DNA of 64,000 bases, from positions 41,248 through 105,247 of the IMG/VR virus record IMGVR_UViG_2900261899_000001; one strand, given 5' to 3'. The position numbers and the translations under genes are program-made. A model generated the notes under the pieces. That model was not told the origin of the DNA. It searched no databases and was given only the letters and a program-made list of their open reading frames with translations. This document shows positions 37,113 through 46,209 of this stretch, one piece after another (the first letter of the stretch is position 1; each line of letters opens with the position of its first letter). Origin of the DNA: a virus (taxonomy: Duplodnaviria > Caudoviricetes).

Positions 37113-39062
37113 TCAGACGGTAAGGGTGACGCGGCCGGGCGAGCCGTTGCCGCCGGGATAGTTGCCCGACGAACCGTTGCCGCCGACGCCGGGGGCGGTC
37201 GACGTGTTGCCGGCCGCGCCGTAGTTGAAATTCGGGGATCCGCCGGCGCCCGGGGACGCGCCGCCGACGCCGCCGAGATAAGATGGTCCGACGGGGAGGC
37301 CGTAGCCGCCGGCATCGCCGTTGTCGTTGATGTCGCCGCCCGACGCGATGCCGCCTGCCCCGAACTGCGAGTTGTTGGCGCCGGACGTCGAGAAGTACCC
37401 ACCACCACCGCTCGTCGCTGCGCAGAGGGTCTGCCCGGCGTTGAACGTGGTACTGTTGGCATCGACAACCGATCCGCTGGCGACCGTGATCGAGGTGGTG
37501 CCCCCGGCCGCTCCGTTCTGCGGGGACGCACCACCGGCACCGCCTGCCCCTCCAGCGCCAACGACGATCGTCAAAACGGTGTCGACGACCGCTGTGGCCA
37601 CCTTCTGAGCATTGCCACCGCCGCCGCCGCCGGAACCCGCTGAGGTCGAAGCGTTGGCGCCGCCGCCGCCTCCGCCTGGACCGCGGCATTCCCGGACCAG
37701 GAACGTGCGGTTCGCTGGGATCGAGAGCGAGTAGGAGCCAGGTGTGATGTACTGCTTCGGCGAGGCGCCCGGGATCTTGAGCGTGTTGATGTAGGTGACG
37801 GTCGGACCGTTGCCGGAATTGGTCAGACGAAGCTCGGAGCCGTTGTCGGCGAGGATGATTTCGGCGTTATCCAGCCAGTCGCCGACCTGGATTGGCGTGC
37901 CGTCGAACCGCTTCACGGGGCGCGTGCCGAGGCCGTCGAGATTGGCCGTTGTGCCGCCGTTCGCCGAAGCCAGGGCCGTCGTGATCGTGTAGAGCGCCCC
38001 CTGCTCGTAGGCGGTGATGTTCGGGGCGACGTCGACGACGAGGTTGGTGGCCGTGGCGGCCCCGCCAGTCGCGACGACGCCGGTGTGGACCAGCTGCAGC
38101 GAGGGGACTGTCTGCGCGAGCTCGGATCGCGCCGCGGTCCGGAAGCGCCAGGCGCCGCTCTTGAAGACGACCTCGATGATCTCGCCCGAGATGTCGCCGG
38201 CCTTGAGCGCCGCGCCACCACGGGTGACGACGGCCGCGGCCGCATTCCCGTTCAGCGCCAGCGTCACGGCGCCCGTGTTCGTGTTCGGGCAGAACAGGCG
38301 CACCGCGAGGCCGTCGATCAGCGCGGCCGGGGCCGGGCTGACCGAGGCGGTGAGGTCGTTGGTGCCCGTGGCGACACCGTAGACCCACTTGCCCGACTGA
38401 ACGGCGGTCGGCAGGCCCGGCAGCTTCGTCGGGATGAAGGGCGCCGACGCGTGCTGGACGATGTTGCCGGCCGTGATCGTGGTCTGACCGGCGTTCAGCG
38501 TGACGATGAACAGCGGTGCCCAGCCCGCATCGGGGGAGGGCGGCTGCTGGGTGCCGGCGGTCGCGGCGATACCGGCCTTCACCTGGACGGCAGCGGCGCC
38601 GCGGCGGGCGGTGTTCTGCGCGGTGCCGGCATTGCCCGGACCGGCGAAGGGCTGCGCCGGGTTGGCGGCGTTGTAGTACGGCAGCACCTTCGCGCCGTCA
38701 TCGACGTCCTGGTACTGGACCTCGACGAGGAAGGCCTGCGAGTAGCCCGCCGTGCTCGGGGGCGCGAAGGTGAGCGCAGTGGCGTCGAGCGCCTTGCCGA
38801 TCTTCACGATCGAACGGCTGTCGGCCGCAATCGAGCCGAAGGTCGTCGCGTCGATATTCGCGGTCTGGAAGACGACGCCCGGCGACAGCGTCGCGATCAG
38901 CGAGGCCGGTGCAGTCGGGCTCAGCGAGAAGCCGTCGACGACGATGCCGGTCCCGAGAAAGGCCTGCGCGAGCAGGCCGTCGGATACCATGGCATTCTTG
39001 GCGAGCGTCAGGATGTCGGTGTCGCGCGGAAGCGCACCGGCGTAGACCAAGGGCCTATCCAT
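37113..39062 (-). CDS. Tail fibre protein with Gly-rich C-terminus
   Basis: Follows baseplate genes; NTGAVTL.LNG repeats; GGGGGG/GAGG domain. Confidence 0.75.
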   Translation of the reverse strand: MDRPLVYAGALPRDTDILTLAKNAMVSDGLLAQAFLGTGIVVDGFSLSPTAPASLIATLSPGVVFQTANIDATTFGSIAADSRSIVKIGKALDATALTFAPPSTAGYSQAFLVEVQYQDVDDGAKVLPYYNAANPAQPFAGPGNAGTAQNTARRGAAAVQVKAGIAATAGTQQPPSPDAGWAPLFIVTLNAGQTTITAGNIVQHASAPFIPTKLPGLPTAVQSGKWVYGVATGTNDLTASVSPAPAALIDGLAVRLFCPNTNTGAVTLALNGNAAAAVVTRGGAALKAGDISGEIIEVVFKSGAWRFRTAARSELAQTVPSLQLVHTGVVATGGAATATNLVVDVAPNITAYEQGALYTITTALASANGGTTANLDGLGTRPVKRFDGTPIQVGDWLDNAEIILADNGSELRLTNSGNGPTVTYINTLKIPGASPKQYITPGSYSLSIPANRTFLVRECRGPGGGGGGANASTSAGSGGGGGGNAQKVATAVVDTVLTIVVGAGGAGGAGGASPQNGAAGGTTSITVASGSVVDANSTTFNAGQTLCAATSGGGGYFSTSGANNSQFGAGGIASGGDINDNGDAGGYGLPVGPSYLGGVGGASPGAGGSPNFNYGAAGNTSTAPGVGGNGSSGNYPGGNGSPGRVTLTV

Positions 39063-39136
39063 CGCGGGACTTTCGGTCGGAGGATGTTCGGGATGCGCTG
39101 GGGCCGACCGTCAGCGGTCGGGCGAGCGGCGGCGCG

Positions 39137-39907
39137 CTAGGATTGGATCGCGGTCCAGCCGATCGTGCCGGCCGCGACAGTCGCGGCAATGGTCGCGTAG
39201 ATCTCGGCGTCCGTGACCTGCGCCTCGGACTGGCTGAGATCCGCGTAGGCGATCACGCCGACGCCGTAGCCGCCGCCCGGGCTGCCGTATCCGGAGAGCT
39301 CCGGGATGCCGGCCGTTGCCGGGCGGAAGGCGGTGATGAAGGTCTGGTAGGGGTAGGCGAGCGAGCCCCAGGCGCCGGCACCGCCCGACACCATCTGGCT
39401 CGGTGCGGGGACGACGTAGGCGAAGGTGCCGATCCCATAGGCGCTCGGGTTGTCACCGTAGCCTGAGACTGGCTGCTCGCCGGTCCCGCTGCCCGCATAG
39501 GCGATGGCGCCGATGCCGTAGCCACCGCAGTCGCCCGGATTCCAGAGTTCCTGCAGGACCGGTTCGCGGCCCGTCAGATCGACGAGCGCCCGCCGGATCG
39601 CCTCGCGCGTCGCGCGCGGCCGCAGCAGTTCGCGCAGGATGCGGGGACGAAAGGCGTCGTCGGTCTCGGCCGCACGGCGCAGGAAGCGCAGGCCGAAGAA
39701 GTCGAAGGCGATGAGGTCGAGCCAGCCGCCGGTGGCCGTGGCGATCCGCGTCTGCGCCTTGGCGTATGCGATCAGGCCATGGACGAAGGCCAGGAGCGCC
39801 GCGATGCCGCCGAGCAGACCGTCGAGGATCGGGGCCTCGTCCGGAAACCAGGGCGGCAGGAGCGTGCGCAGGCGCGCCAGCATGTCGTCCGCATCGCCAA
39901 CGGCCAT
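39137..39907 (-). CDS. Baseplate wedge protein (gpI-like)
   Basis: LLP.WF, RIATATG.WLD....FFG..R...E.D..FR.RI. Confidence 0.75.
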   Translation of the reverse strand: MAVGDADDMLARLRTLLPPWFPDEAPILDGLLGGIAALLAFVHGLIAYAKAQTRIATATGGWLDLIAFDFFGLRFLRRAAETDDAFRPRILRELLRPRATREAIRRALVDLTGREPVLQELWNPGDCGGYGIGAIAYAGSGTGEQPVSGYGDNPSAYGIGTFAYVVPAPSQMVSGGAGAWGSLAYPYQTFITAFRPATAGIPELSGYGSPGGGYGVGVIAYADLSQSEAQVTDAEIYATIAATVAAGTIGWTAIQS

Positions 39908-39911
39908 GGTC

Positions 39912-41042
39912 TTATCCGATGACGATGGTGGGCGCCTTGATCGTGACCTGGGGGGAGGGGGCGATGTCCTCCTTGGCCCCGTTGACGGTCAGGCCGGTGA
40001 CGTTCTTCACGCCGGGGGAGGCGTCGTAGGCGACCTGGACCAGCCGGGTGTAGGTCAGGCCGGCGCCGAGCCCGAGGCCGTTCACGAACGTGCTGATCGC
40101 TTTCGAGACCGCGGCCTCGACGTCGGCGAGCAGGTACCCGAACGCGGCCTCGACATGCATCTCGATGCGGACGTTGCGCACCGTCGGCGGGAACACCGCG
40201 TAGATGATGCCCGACGCTCGCACGGCGTAGATCGCCGTGGTGACGTCGGCGAGGAGGTCGTCGCCCGGTGCGCCGGTGCCGTCGTCGACGACGACGTAGA
40301 TGAAGCCGGGGTTCGGGCTGCCGTCGCGACTCTCGTTCTCGACGATCTGATACTGGATCCCGAGTTCGAGGCTCGACACCGCGAAGGCGATGGCGGGGTT
40401 TGTGGCCTTGGCCAGGGAGGCGAAGAACAGCGTCTTGCGCACCCGCAGCGCCTCGTCGGTCTCGGCGTCGGAGCCGTTCGCGAAGGCGACGAGGTTGATC
40501 ACGGTGTCGATGCCGGGCGTGGCCGACGTGATCACCGTGATGGTGTTCTTGAGGACGTTGCTCGCCGCCGACGGGATGTCGGCCTTCACCGGTACTGCGG
40601 CCTGCGCGACGCCGATCGGCACCACGTAGCCGTTCCGGGCTAGACTGAAGGACGGCACCGTGCTGTCGGCGACGACCGTGAAGGTCTGCGAGCCATCCTC
40701 GGTCTGAACGGTGGCGCCGACCGGGATCAACGCTTCGACGGTCGCTGTGAACCGCGAAAACACGACCGAGCCGCTCGACGGCGCCGCGCCGAGACGCGTC
40801 AGGCCGAAATCGTTGACCCAGGAATCGAGATCGGCGCCGCTTGAGGTCGCGGCGCGGGTCAGGGTCAGGACGTAGACAATCAGGCTTTCGAGCCAGAGCG
40901 TCAGGTCCGCGGTGGCCTCGGCCACGGCGCGCAGGACGGCGCCGACCGAGAAGTCGACGAGCGCAGTCGCGCGGCCCTGTACGCCCGCCGCGAAGTTCTC
41001 CACCAGCGTGACGAAGTTGCGGATCGGAATCGCCGCCATCAC
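39912..41042 (-). CDS. Baseplate J-like protein
   Basis: G.DLD....FGLTR, NG.D.ETDEALR.R. Confidence 0.85.
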   Translation of the reverse strand: MMAAIPIRNFVTLVENFAAGVQGRATALVDFSVGAVLRAVAEATADLTLWLESLIVYVLTLTRAATSSGADLDSWVNDFGLTRLGAAPSSGSVVFSRFTATVEALIPVGATVQTEDGSQTFTVVADSTVPSFSLARNGYVVPIGVAQAAVPVKADIPSAASNVLKNTITVITSATPGIDTVINLVAFANGSDAETDEALRVRKTLFFASLAKATNPAIAFAVSSLELGIQYQIVENESRDGSPNPGFIYVVVDDGTGAPGDDLLADVTTAIYAVRASGIIYAVFPPTVRNVRIEMHVEAAFGYLLADVEAAVSKAISTFVNGLGLGAGLTYTRLVQVAYDASPGVKNVTGLTVNGAKEDIAPSPQVTIKAPTIVIG

Positions 41043-41401
41043 GGTACCTCGAAGGACAGCGTCTGCTGCCGGCCGGTGGCGGCGTCGGCGTAGATGATCC
41101 GGACGTGGACGCCGTTCAGGATCGGCGTCACCACGATGACGGGGTCGGGGTCGCGGGCAACGGAGGCCTCGCGAAAGATTTGCGACCGGATCAGTGCTGA
41201 CAGCTCATCGGCGTCGATCAGGCCACCGACGCGAAGCTGAACGCCGGCGCCGTATCCGAGGTTCTGGATGTACGTCCCGGCCACCGTCAGCAGGCGGCGC
41301 AGGACGCGCTGGACGCCGCGCTGGGTGCCGTCGACGAGCAGCAGGTCGCCGGTCGGCCCGACGGAGAGGTCGGAGCCGATCATCAGGCTGAGATCAGGCA
41401 T
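41039..41401 (-). CDS. Baseplate gp25/gp46-like protein
   Basis: DL.VGPTGDL, QRVLRRLLT..G.YI....YGAG. Confidence 0.75.
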   Translation of the reverse strand: MPDLSLMIGSDLSVGPTGDLLLVDGTQRGVQRVLRRLLTVAGTYIQNLGYGAGVQLRVGGLIDADELSALIRSQIFREASVARDPDPVIVVTPILNGVHVRIIYADAATGRQQTLSFEVP

Positions 41402-41428
41402 AGGTCCGACCGGGTCGTGGGAAGCGGC

Positions 41429-42037
41429 TTAAGCGGTCAGGACGCCCCGGCCGCCGGAGGTGACGCCGCCGGCACCGGCGATGGTCTCGGAGGCGGTCAC
41501 GGAGCCGTCCACGGTCACCGGCCCCTTGATATTGATCCCCTTGCCCTTGAAGCTCTGCGAGCCGGCGCCGGAATCGACGGTGATGTTCTTGCCCTTGGTG
41601 TCGACGCTGACGTGGCCGTCCTTGTCGAACTTGAAGGAACCGCCGTCCTTGTGGGTGACGGTGATGCCGCCATCCTTATCGAAGAGCATCGAGCCCTTGG
41701 TGCCGTGCATCAGCAGCATCTCGCCGGCCTTCACCTTCGGCGGCTTTTGCTTGTCAGAATAGATTCGGGAAATGATGACGGGGGTGTTGTGATCGCCCTC
41801 GATGTGGGCGACGACAAATTGGTCGCCGATGTTGGGCCCTATGGCGATACCAAAACCATTCCCGATATGTGCAGATCCCAGCGGTACCCAGCCGCTCGAA
41901 TTGCCTTCCGGCATATACTTCAAAACAACCGAATGGCTGTCCTCGTTGTACGAGGTCACTTCGGCGATGCGTATCGGGGCTCGCGAGGCGTCCGCGTAGG
42001 ACGACTCACGACGGATCAGGTTCGAGAGATCCGACAT
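41429..42037 (-). CDS. Baseplate spike (gpV-like)
   Basis: SGWVPL, P.IGDQ.VV....GD OB-fold motif, beta-strand repeats. Confidence 0.8.
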   Translation of the reverse strand: MSDLSNLIRRESSYADASRAPIRIAEVTSYNEDSHSVVLKYMPEGNSSGWVPLGSAHIGNGFGIAIGPNIGDQFVVAHIEGDHNTPVIISRIYSDKQKPPKVKAGEMLLMHGTKGSMLFDKDGGITVTHKDGGSFKFDKDGHVSVDTKGKNITVDSGAGSQSFKGKGINIKGPVTVDGSVTASETIAGAGGVTSGGRGVLTA

Positions 42038-43095
42038 CAGGACATCTTCCGGTCTTTGGACGCCGCCTTCGCCGTGATCGGGCAGCGGTAGCCCTCGTCA
42101 TCGTTGATCCGGTGCTCGACGCTCTCGATGTCGTAGCGCTGGTCGAACGAGCACCCGGTACCGGACAGGTCGAGCTTCATCCGGGCGGTGATGCCGGGAT
42201 CACCGGGCACGTTGAGGCTGATCTGGCGCTCCTGCTTGGTGGCGCGCTTCAGACGCTTTTCTGCGATTCGATCCGCGCGATTCTGTTTCAGGCCCGGCGC
42301 CCGGTATTCGTAGGTGATGCCGTCGCCGTCCTTGCCGACGCCGGTGGCCGCTGCGAGGGTCTTCTTCGCCTCGATGCTCTTGCCGGTGCGGTGGTCGTGC
42401 GACTTGACCTTCACCGTCGCCTTCTGCGCGAGGTCGAGGTTGCGCTGGCCTGACAGGGTGATGAAGTCGCCGCGCGCGAAGCTCTCCGGCGTCGGCTCTT
42501 CGTAGACCACCTGCAGGATCGGCAGATCGTCTTCGCTGTCGGAGCGCAGATGCAGGGTGTCGCCCTTGACGAAGGGCACTAGGCCCTCGGCTTCGGCGAG
42601 GTAGTTGATCACGTCCCAGTCGGTGTAACCGTTCGTGGTGTGGACGTGGTCGATGTCGTACTGCCGGCCGGCCTTCAGCGTATCGCTGTCGACATCGAGC
42701 TTCAGCCCGGACCGCTTTGCAATCTCGGAGGCGATGTCGCCGGATTTCTTGTTTTTGAAGCTCTCGTTCGACTTCTTGTCGATGAGCTTTTTCGTCTTGT
42801 CGTGGCCGTTGACGTCGATCCGGCGCTCCAGCCACTTCGGGGCGACGGCGGTGACCGTGCCTTCGAAGATCGGTGCGCTGAAATCGGCACCGTCGATGCC
42901 GACGACGACCTTGATCTCGATTTCGGGCGTGTCGCACCAGTAGGCGGTGTCTCGGCCCGGTGGCAGTCCGGACATCGCCAGCGTGGCGTGGAAGGTATCG
43001 GACTTTGCCTCGCGGCCGAGATGCACCTCGATCGAGATGCACTCGACGGGAACGCCCCCGGCGAGGATGTAGCCCCGCGGGCGCCGGTCGGACAT
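42037..43095 (-). CDS. Baseplate hub (late control D-like)
   Basis: IF.G.V, G.D....L, TDW.....LA..EG, G.P.I. Confidence 0.75.
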   Translation of the reverse strand: MSDRRPRGYILAGGVPVECISIEVHLGREAKSDTFHATLAMSGLPPGRDTAYWCDTPEIEIKVVVGIDGADFSAPIFEGTVTAVAPKWLERRIDVNGHDKTKKLIDKKSNESFKNKKSGDIASEIAKRSGLKLDVDSDTLKAGRQYDIDHVHTTNGYTDWDVINYLAEAEGLVPFVKGDTLHLRSDSEDDLPILQVVYEEPTPESFARGDFITLSGQRNLDLAQKATVKVKSHDHRTGKSIEAKKTLAAATGVGKDGDGITYEYRAPGLKQNRADRIAEKRLKRATKQERQISLNVPGDPGITARMKLDLSGTGCSFDQRYDIESVEHRINDDEGYRCPITAKAASKDRKMS

Positions 43096-43099
43096 CGGT

Positions 43100-43315
43100 T
43101 CAGGCCCCGATCACGCCACTGGTCGTCTGGCCCTTCGGGGGCCGATCCGGCAGCACCAGCGTGACGACGCCGGTGAGGAAGGGGTCGCGCAGGCCGTTGA
43201 GGCGCGCGATGCGGGCCCAGAGGGTGTGGTCGCCGAGTTCGCGGGCGGCGATCTCGTACAGGTTGCCGCCGGAGACCGTGACGACACGGGCGTTGCGGCC
43301 GACCTGGATCTGCAC
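43100..43315 (-). CDS. LysM/tail X-like protein
   Basis: GNLYEIAARELGD...W.RIA.LNGL.DP. Confidence 0.75.
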   Translation of the reverse strand: MQIQVGRNARVVTVSGGNLYEIAARELGDHTLWARIARLNGLRDPFLTGVVTLVLPDRPPKGQTTSGVIGA

Positions 43316-43319
43316 CGGG

Positions 43320-44078
43320 CTACCCGATCAAGGAGAGGTTCGCGGAGAGTCGACCGACGCCGCCGCGCAGCGTGGTCAGGTTCGATTGAGCCTGGATCGC
43401 CGCGAGTGCGCCCGTGACGGAGGCCGCGAAGCCCGGCGCCAGGAGCGCGTTCGGGTCCGGCGCCGCTGCTGCGGTGATCGCGGCATCCCCGGCGGCGATC
43501 GCGGTGTCGAGCGTGGCGACAGCGACCGAGGCCGTGTCTTGCAGCGGCCCGACCCGCGACAGCGGGATGTCGGCCAGACTGCCGACTGCGTTAACTGCCG
43601 AGAACAGGCCCGACATCGCATCGCCGACGAGGCCGCCGGCCAGGGCGGCCAACGGAAGGGCCGAAGCGATGTCGGCGCCGATCAGGGAGCCGATGCTCGA
43701 TCCGATGTCCTCAGCCGCCGAACCGCCGTCGTCGACGACGTAGCAGGTAATCCGATAAGGAAGATCGAATTCGCGCTGATAGTCGGCCTCGAACTCCTCG
43801 ACGATGACCGTGAAGTAGAGGCCGCCCCACGACAGCGGGACCTGGGAGCCGCGCTTCGCCATCGCGTTGATGGCGAGCGCCCGGGCCTTGGCGTCTGCAC
43901 CGCGGAACCGGCCCTCCCACTTCGCGTCGCAGAACTCGAAGCCCATCGCGTCGGGGACGCGCTTGCCCCCGATGAGGACGTTCTTGGCGATCCGCTGCTT
44001 GCCGCCGAACGGGATCTTCGACGGGACCTCATGGCCGCGCAGCGTGATGCCGCCGATCGAAACGGTGGAACTGGCCAT
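43320..44078 (-). CDS. Tail tube initiator-like protein
   Basis: EVP..IPFGG.Q, LIGG.R..DAMG, W.G.F.G, L.W; GGAGG RBS. Confidence 0.65.
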   Translation of the reverse strand: MASSTVSIGGITLRGHEVPSKIPFGGKQRIAKNVLIGGKRVPDAMGFEFCDAKWEGRFRGADAKARALAINAMAKRGSQVPLSWGGLYFTVIVEEFEADYQREFDLPYRITCYVVDDGGSAAEDIGSSIGSLIGADIASALPLAALAGGLVGDAMSGLFSAVNAVGSLADIPLSRVGPLQDTASVAVATLDTAIAAGDAAITAAAAPDPNALLAPGFAASVTGALAAIQAQSNLTTLRGGVGRLSANLSLIG

Positions 44079-44273
44079 GGCCCCTCCCGAGGCGAGGGGT
44101 GGACGCAGAAACGGCAACGGCCCCGGCAGAAATCTGCGCGGGGCCGTTCGTAGGGTCCCTTATACGTCAAGGAACTCTTGGCGACTAGACGGAGGCGCAG
44201 CCATAACAGGCCACCGGCGCGCACATTGTAATAGCGCACGTGGTGCGCTATTTTAGGGATGGGAGGCGGGAAT

Positions 44274-44507
44274 GTGCCGACGTTAAAGCGCTTCGACCAA
44301 TTCAAGATTTGCGTCTTCGCTGACGATCATCCGCCGCCGCATTTCCATGTGATCGGGCGCGGGTTTAAGGCAACGATCTTGTTCGAGACGCTATCGCTTG
44401 ATGTCGGAGAATGCCCCCGGAAGGTGTTCGCGGAGGCGGTGACTTGGGCCGCCGTGAATCGCGAAGCCCTCGAAGAAGCTTGGAGGAACCTCAATGAGCG
44501 ATCGTGA
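44274..44507 (+). CDS. DUF4160 family protein
   Basis: MPT......I....DH.PPHFHV motif. Confidence 0.75.
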   Translation: MPTLKRFDQFKICVFADDHPPPHFHVIGRGFKATILFETLSLDVGECPRKVFAEAVTWAAVNREALEEAWRNLNERS

Positions 44508-45249
44508 CATGATCCGCGCCGGGGATCCTATTCCGTCGATCGGGGCCGTAGAGGTTGGCAACGGTCCTTACGACGTCCTTATCACCTGGGCCGATGGTCA
44601 TCGAGCCGGCCAGCAAATCCTCATCGACCTCGCCCCAGTGATCCTGACCTACAAGGTCTTCATTCCGTTGCGCGATGACCGCCGTCTTTTCGCAACCGTG
44701 CGCGTGGCCGAGTACGGCGAGGCCATCGAGTGGGGTGATAACGATGATCTGGCGGTCGCTGGGACGACGTTGGAGCGCCTTGCCAACGAAACGATGACCA
44801 ATGTCGATTTTGCAGCATTTCTGAAGCGCAACAGGCTCACACTAGATGCCGCAGCTGGGCAGCTCGGGATCGGTCGTCGTCAGGTGTCATACTACGCCAA
44901 AGGGCGGGAGATTCCGAGATATATCTCCCTCGCTTGTAAATATATCGAAGAGCGCAAAGCAGTAGATGATATAAATAATTATTTATCTGCCGGCAACACG
45001 CTTACTAAGATAGGATTGCACAACTGTGTTATAACTGACGGGAATAACAACTTCGATTGCGTGGCTCAAGCTACCGCGGCCTGGGACAGTAATGTCGTGA
45101 TTATCAAAGATGGGGGGGTGATAGAAGGCTATTATGTACCACCGGGTGAGAAACCTGAAGTGATAGTTAAAGGCGGTACGATTAAGGTAGGTTCGGGAAA
45201 TGTAACTGGCACAAGGCGTGCTAAATTAAATCTTGATAAAATTAGATAA
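44494..45249 (+). CDS. DUF2442-HTH antitoxin-like protein with AT-rich C-terminal extension
   Basis: F.PL.D..LF..V....G.AIEW, HTH LT...AA..LGI.RR.V.YY..G..IPR.I.LAC. Confidence 0.7.
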   Translation: MSDRDMIRAGDPIPSIGAVEVGNGPYDVLITWADGHRAGQQILIDLAPVILTYKVFIPLRDDRRLFATVRVAEYGEAIEWGDNDDLAVAGTTLERLANETMTNVDFAAFLKRNRLTLDAAAGQLGIGRRQVSYYAKGREIPRYISLACKYIEERKAVDDINNYLSAGNTLTKIGLHNCVITDGNNNFDCVAQATAAWDSNVVIIKDGGVIEGYYVPPGEKPEVIVKGGTIKVGSGNVTGTRRAKLNLDKIR

Positions 45250-45384
45250 TAGCCATGACCGACCGATCTCTCACCGCCGGGCACCGCGATGATATTCTTC
45301 TACGCACCTTAGACGGCGATTAGAAAAGACTGAGACATTACCCATTTGGGGTAGGATGATATACTAGATTAGGATACCTCAATC

Positions 45385-45690
45385 GTGCAGCTTACAATTG
45401 AAGTGGGCGAACTTAAGGTTCTGGCGAGCGGTGTACTGCTTGTCGATTCCGGTCGAGATGTAAAGTTTACAATTGAAGGAAATGTGTTTGAGCTTATGAT
45501 TGATAAAGATGGGCCGCCATATGAAAAGGTTGGCACAAATCATATTCGAGCCTACTTTAACACTGATAAAATGGTCAGTACTAGTTCAATGATCGGCGAT
45601 TATAATGGTAGGCCGTTAATGATCTCAATCCGTGTTCAGCAGCAAGGTACCCACATTAGGCAGGTTTTTTATACACTGGGTCATCATTAA
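45385..45690 (+). CDS. AT-rich hypothetical protein
   Basis: AGGA RBS; low GC. Confidence 0.55.
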   Translation: MQLTIEVGELKVLASGVLLVDSGRDVKFTIEGNVFELMIDKDGPPYEKVGTNHIRAYFNTDKMVSTSSMIGDYNGRPLMISIRVQQQGTHIRQVFYTLGHH

Positions 45691-45992
45691 TGGCTGTCCG
45701 TCTAGATCTTCCGCCTGACAAAACTTTGGCAACCCGTGTAATTGAAACGGAAGCCGAGCACAATACGCGAAAACTTGAGCGCGGTTTAATGGGTTTGATC
45801 TTTGGTCTCGCCACCGAAAAACCCGGAAATATCGCTGGCTTTGCGCTGATAGCTTTCTGCCTCATGTTTGCGGGGGTTTTGATTTGGGGCACCGATAGCA
45901 GCAGTCTATCAAAGAAAGACGTACTTTCGCTTATAGGTGGTTTTATCACCTTAACGCTCGGCTTCGTATTTGGTCGAACATCATCGTCTTAG
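45690..45992 (+). CDS. AT-rich two-TM membrane protein
   Basis: TAATG coupling; hydrophobic segments ending LGFVFG. Confidence 0.6.
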   Translation: MAVRLDLPPDKTLATRVIETEAEHNTRKLERGLMGLIFGLATEKPGNIAGFALIAFCLMFAGVLIWGTDSSSLSKKDVLSLIGGFITLTLGFVFGRTSSS

Positions 45993-46030
45993 ATGTGTGG
46001 TGCAACGAAGTCATGGACATGAAGAAAATG

Positions 46031-46124
46031 GAAAAGGCCGGCGCGAGCCAGCCCTTTCACCCTTGCCTCGCCTCAACAAACCCCGCCCCGCGGTACCCCG
46101 CCTTGGCCGGCCGTGCCTTAGCTA
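46031..46124 (-). ncRNA. GGY-NN pentamer array RNA 3 (candidate gapped guide RNA)
   Basis: Minus strand: TA GCTAA GGCAC GGCCG GCCAA GGCGG GGTAC CGCGG GGCGG GGTTT GTTGA GGCGA GGCAA GGGTG, then AAAGGGCTGGC-TCGC-GCCGGCCTTTTC. Confidence 0.8.
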
Positions 46125-46131
46125 GATCTCG

Positions 46132-46160
46132 AGCCTAGGATCGGTCCAGCGGCTGGGCAA
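46132..46160 (-). promoter_or_regulatory. Sigma70-like promoter of array 3
   Basis: TTGCCC-N17-TAGGCT, 7 nt before TAGC; same layout as array 2 promoter. Confidence 0.6.
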
Positions 46161-46209
46161 GACAGAGGGTGTGTTTGTCCCTCCCGGTGTACGAGAGGGA
46201 CGGCCGCCG

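Noticed and set aside
28709-39062. Diversity-generating retroelement or invertible fibre cassette
   Set aside because: No reverse transcriptase, invertase or template/variable repeat pair seen by eye
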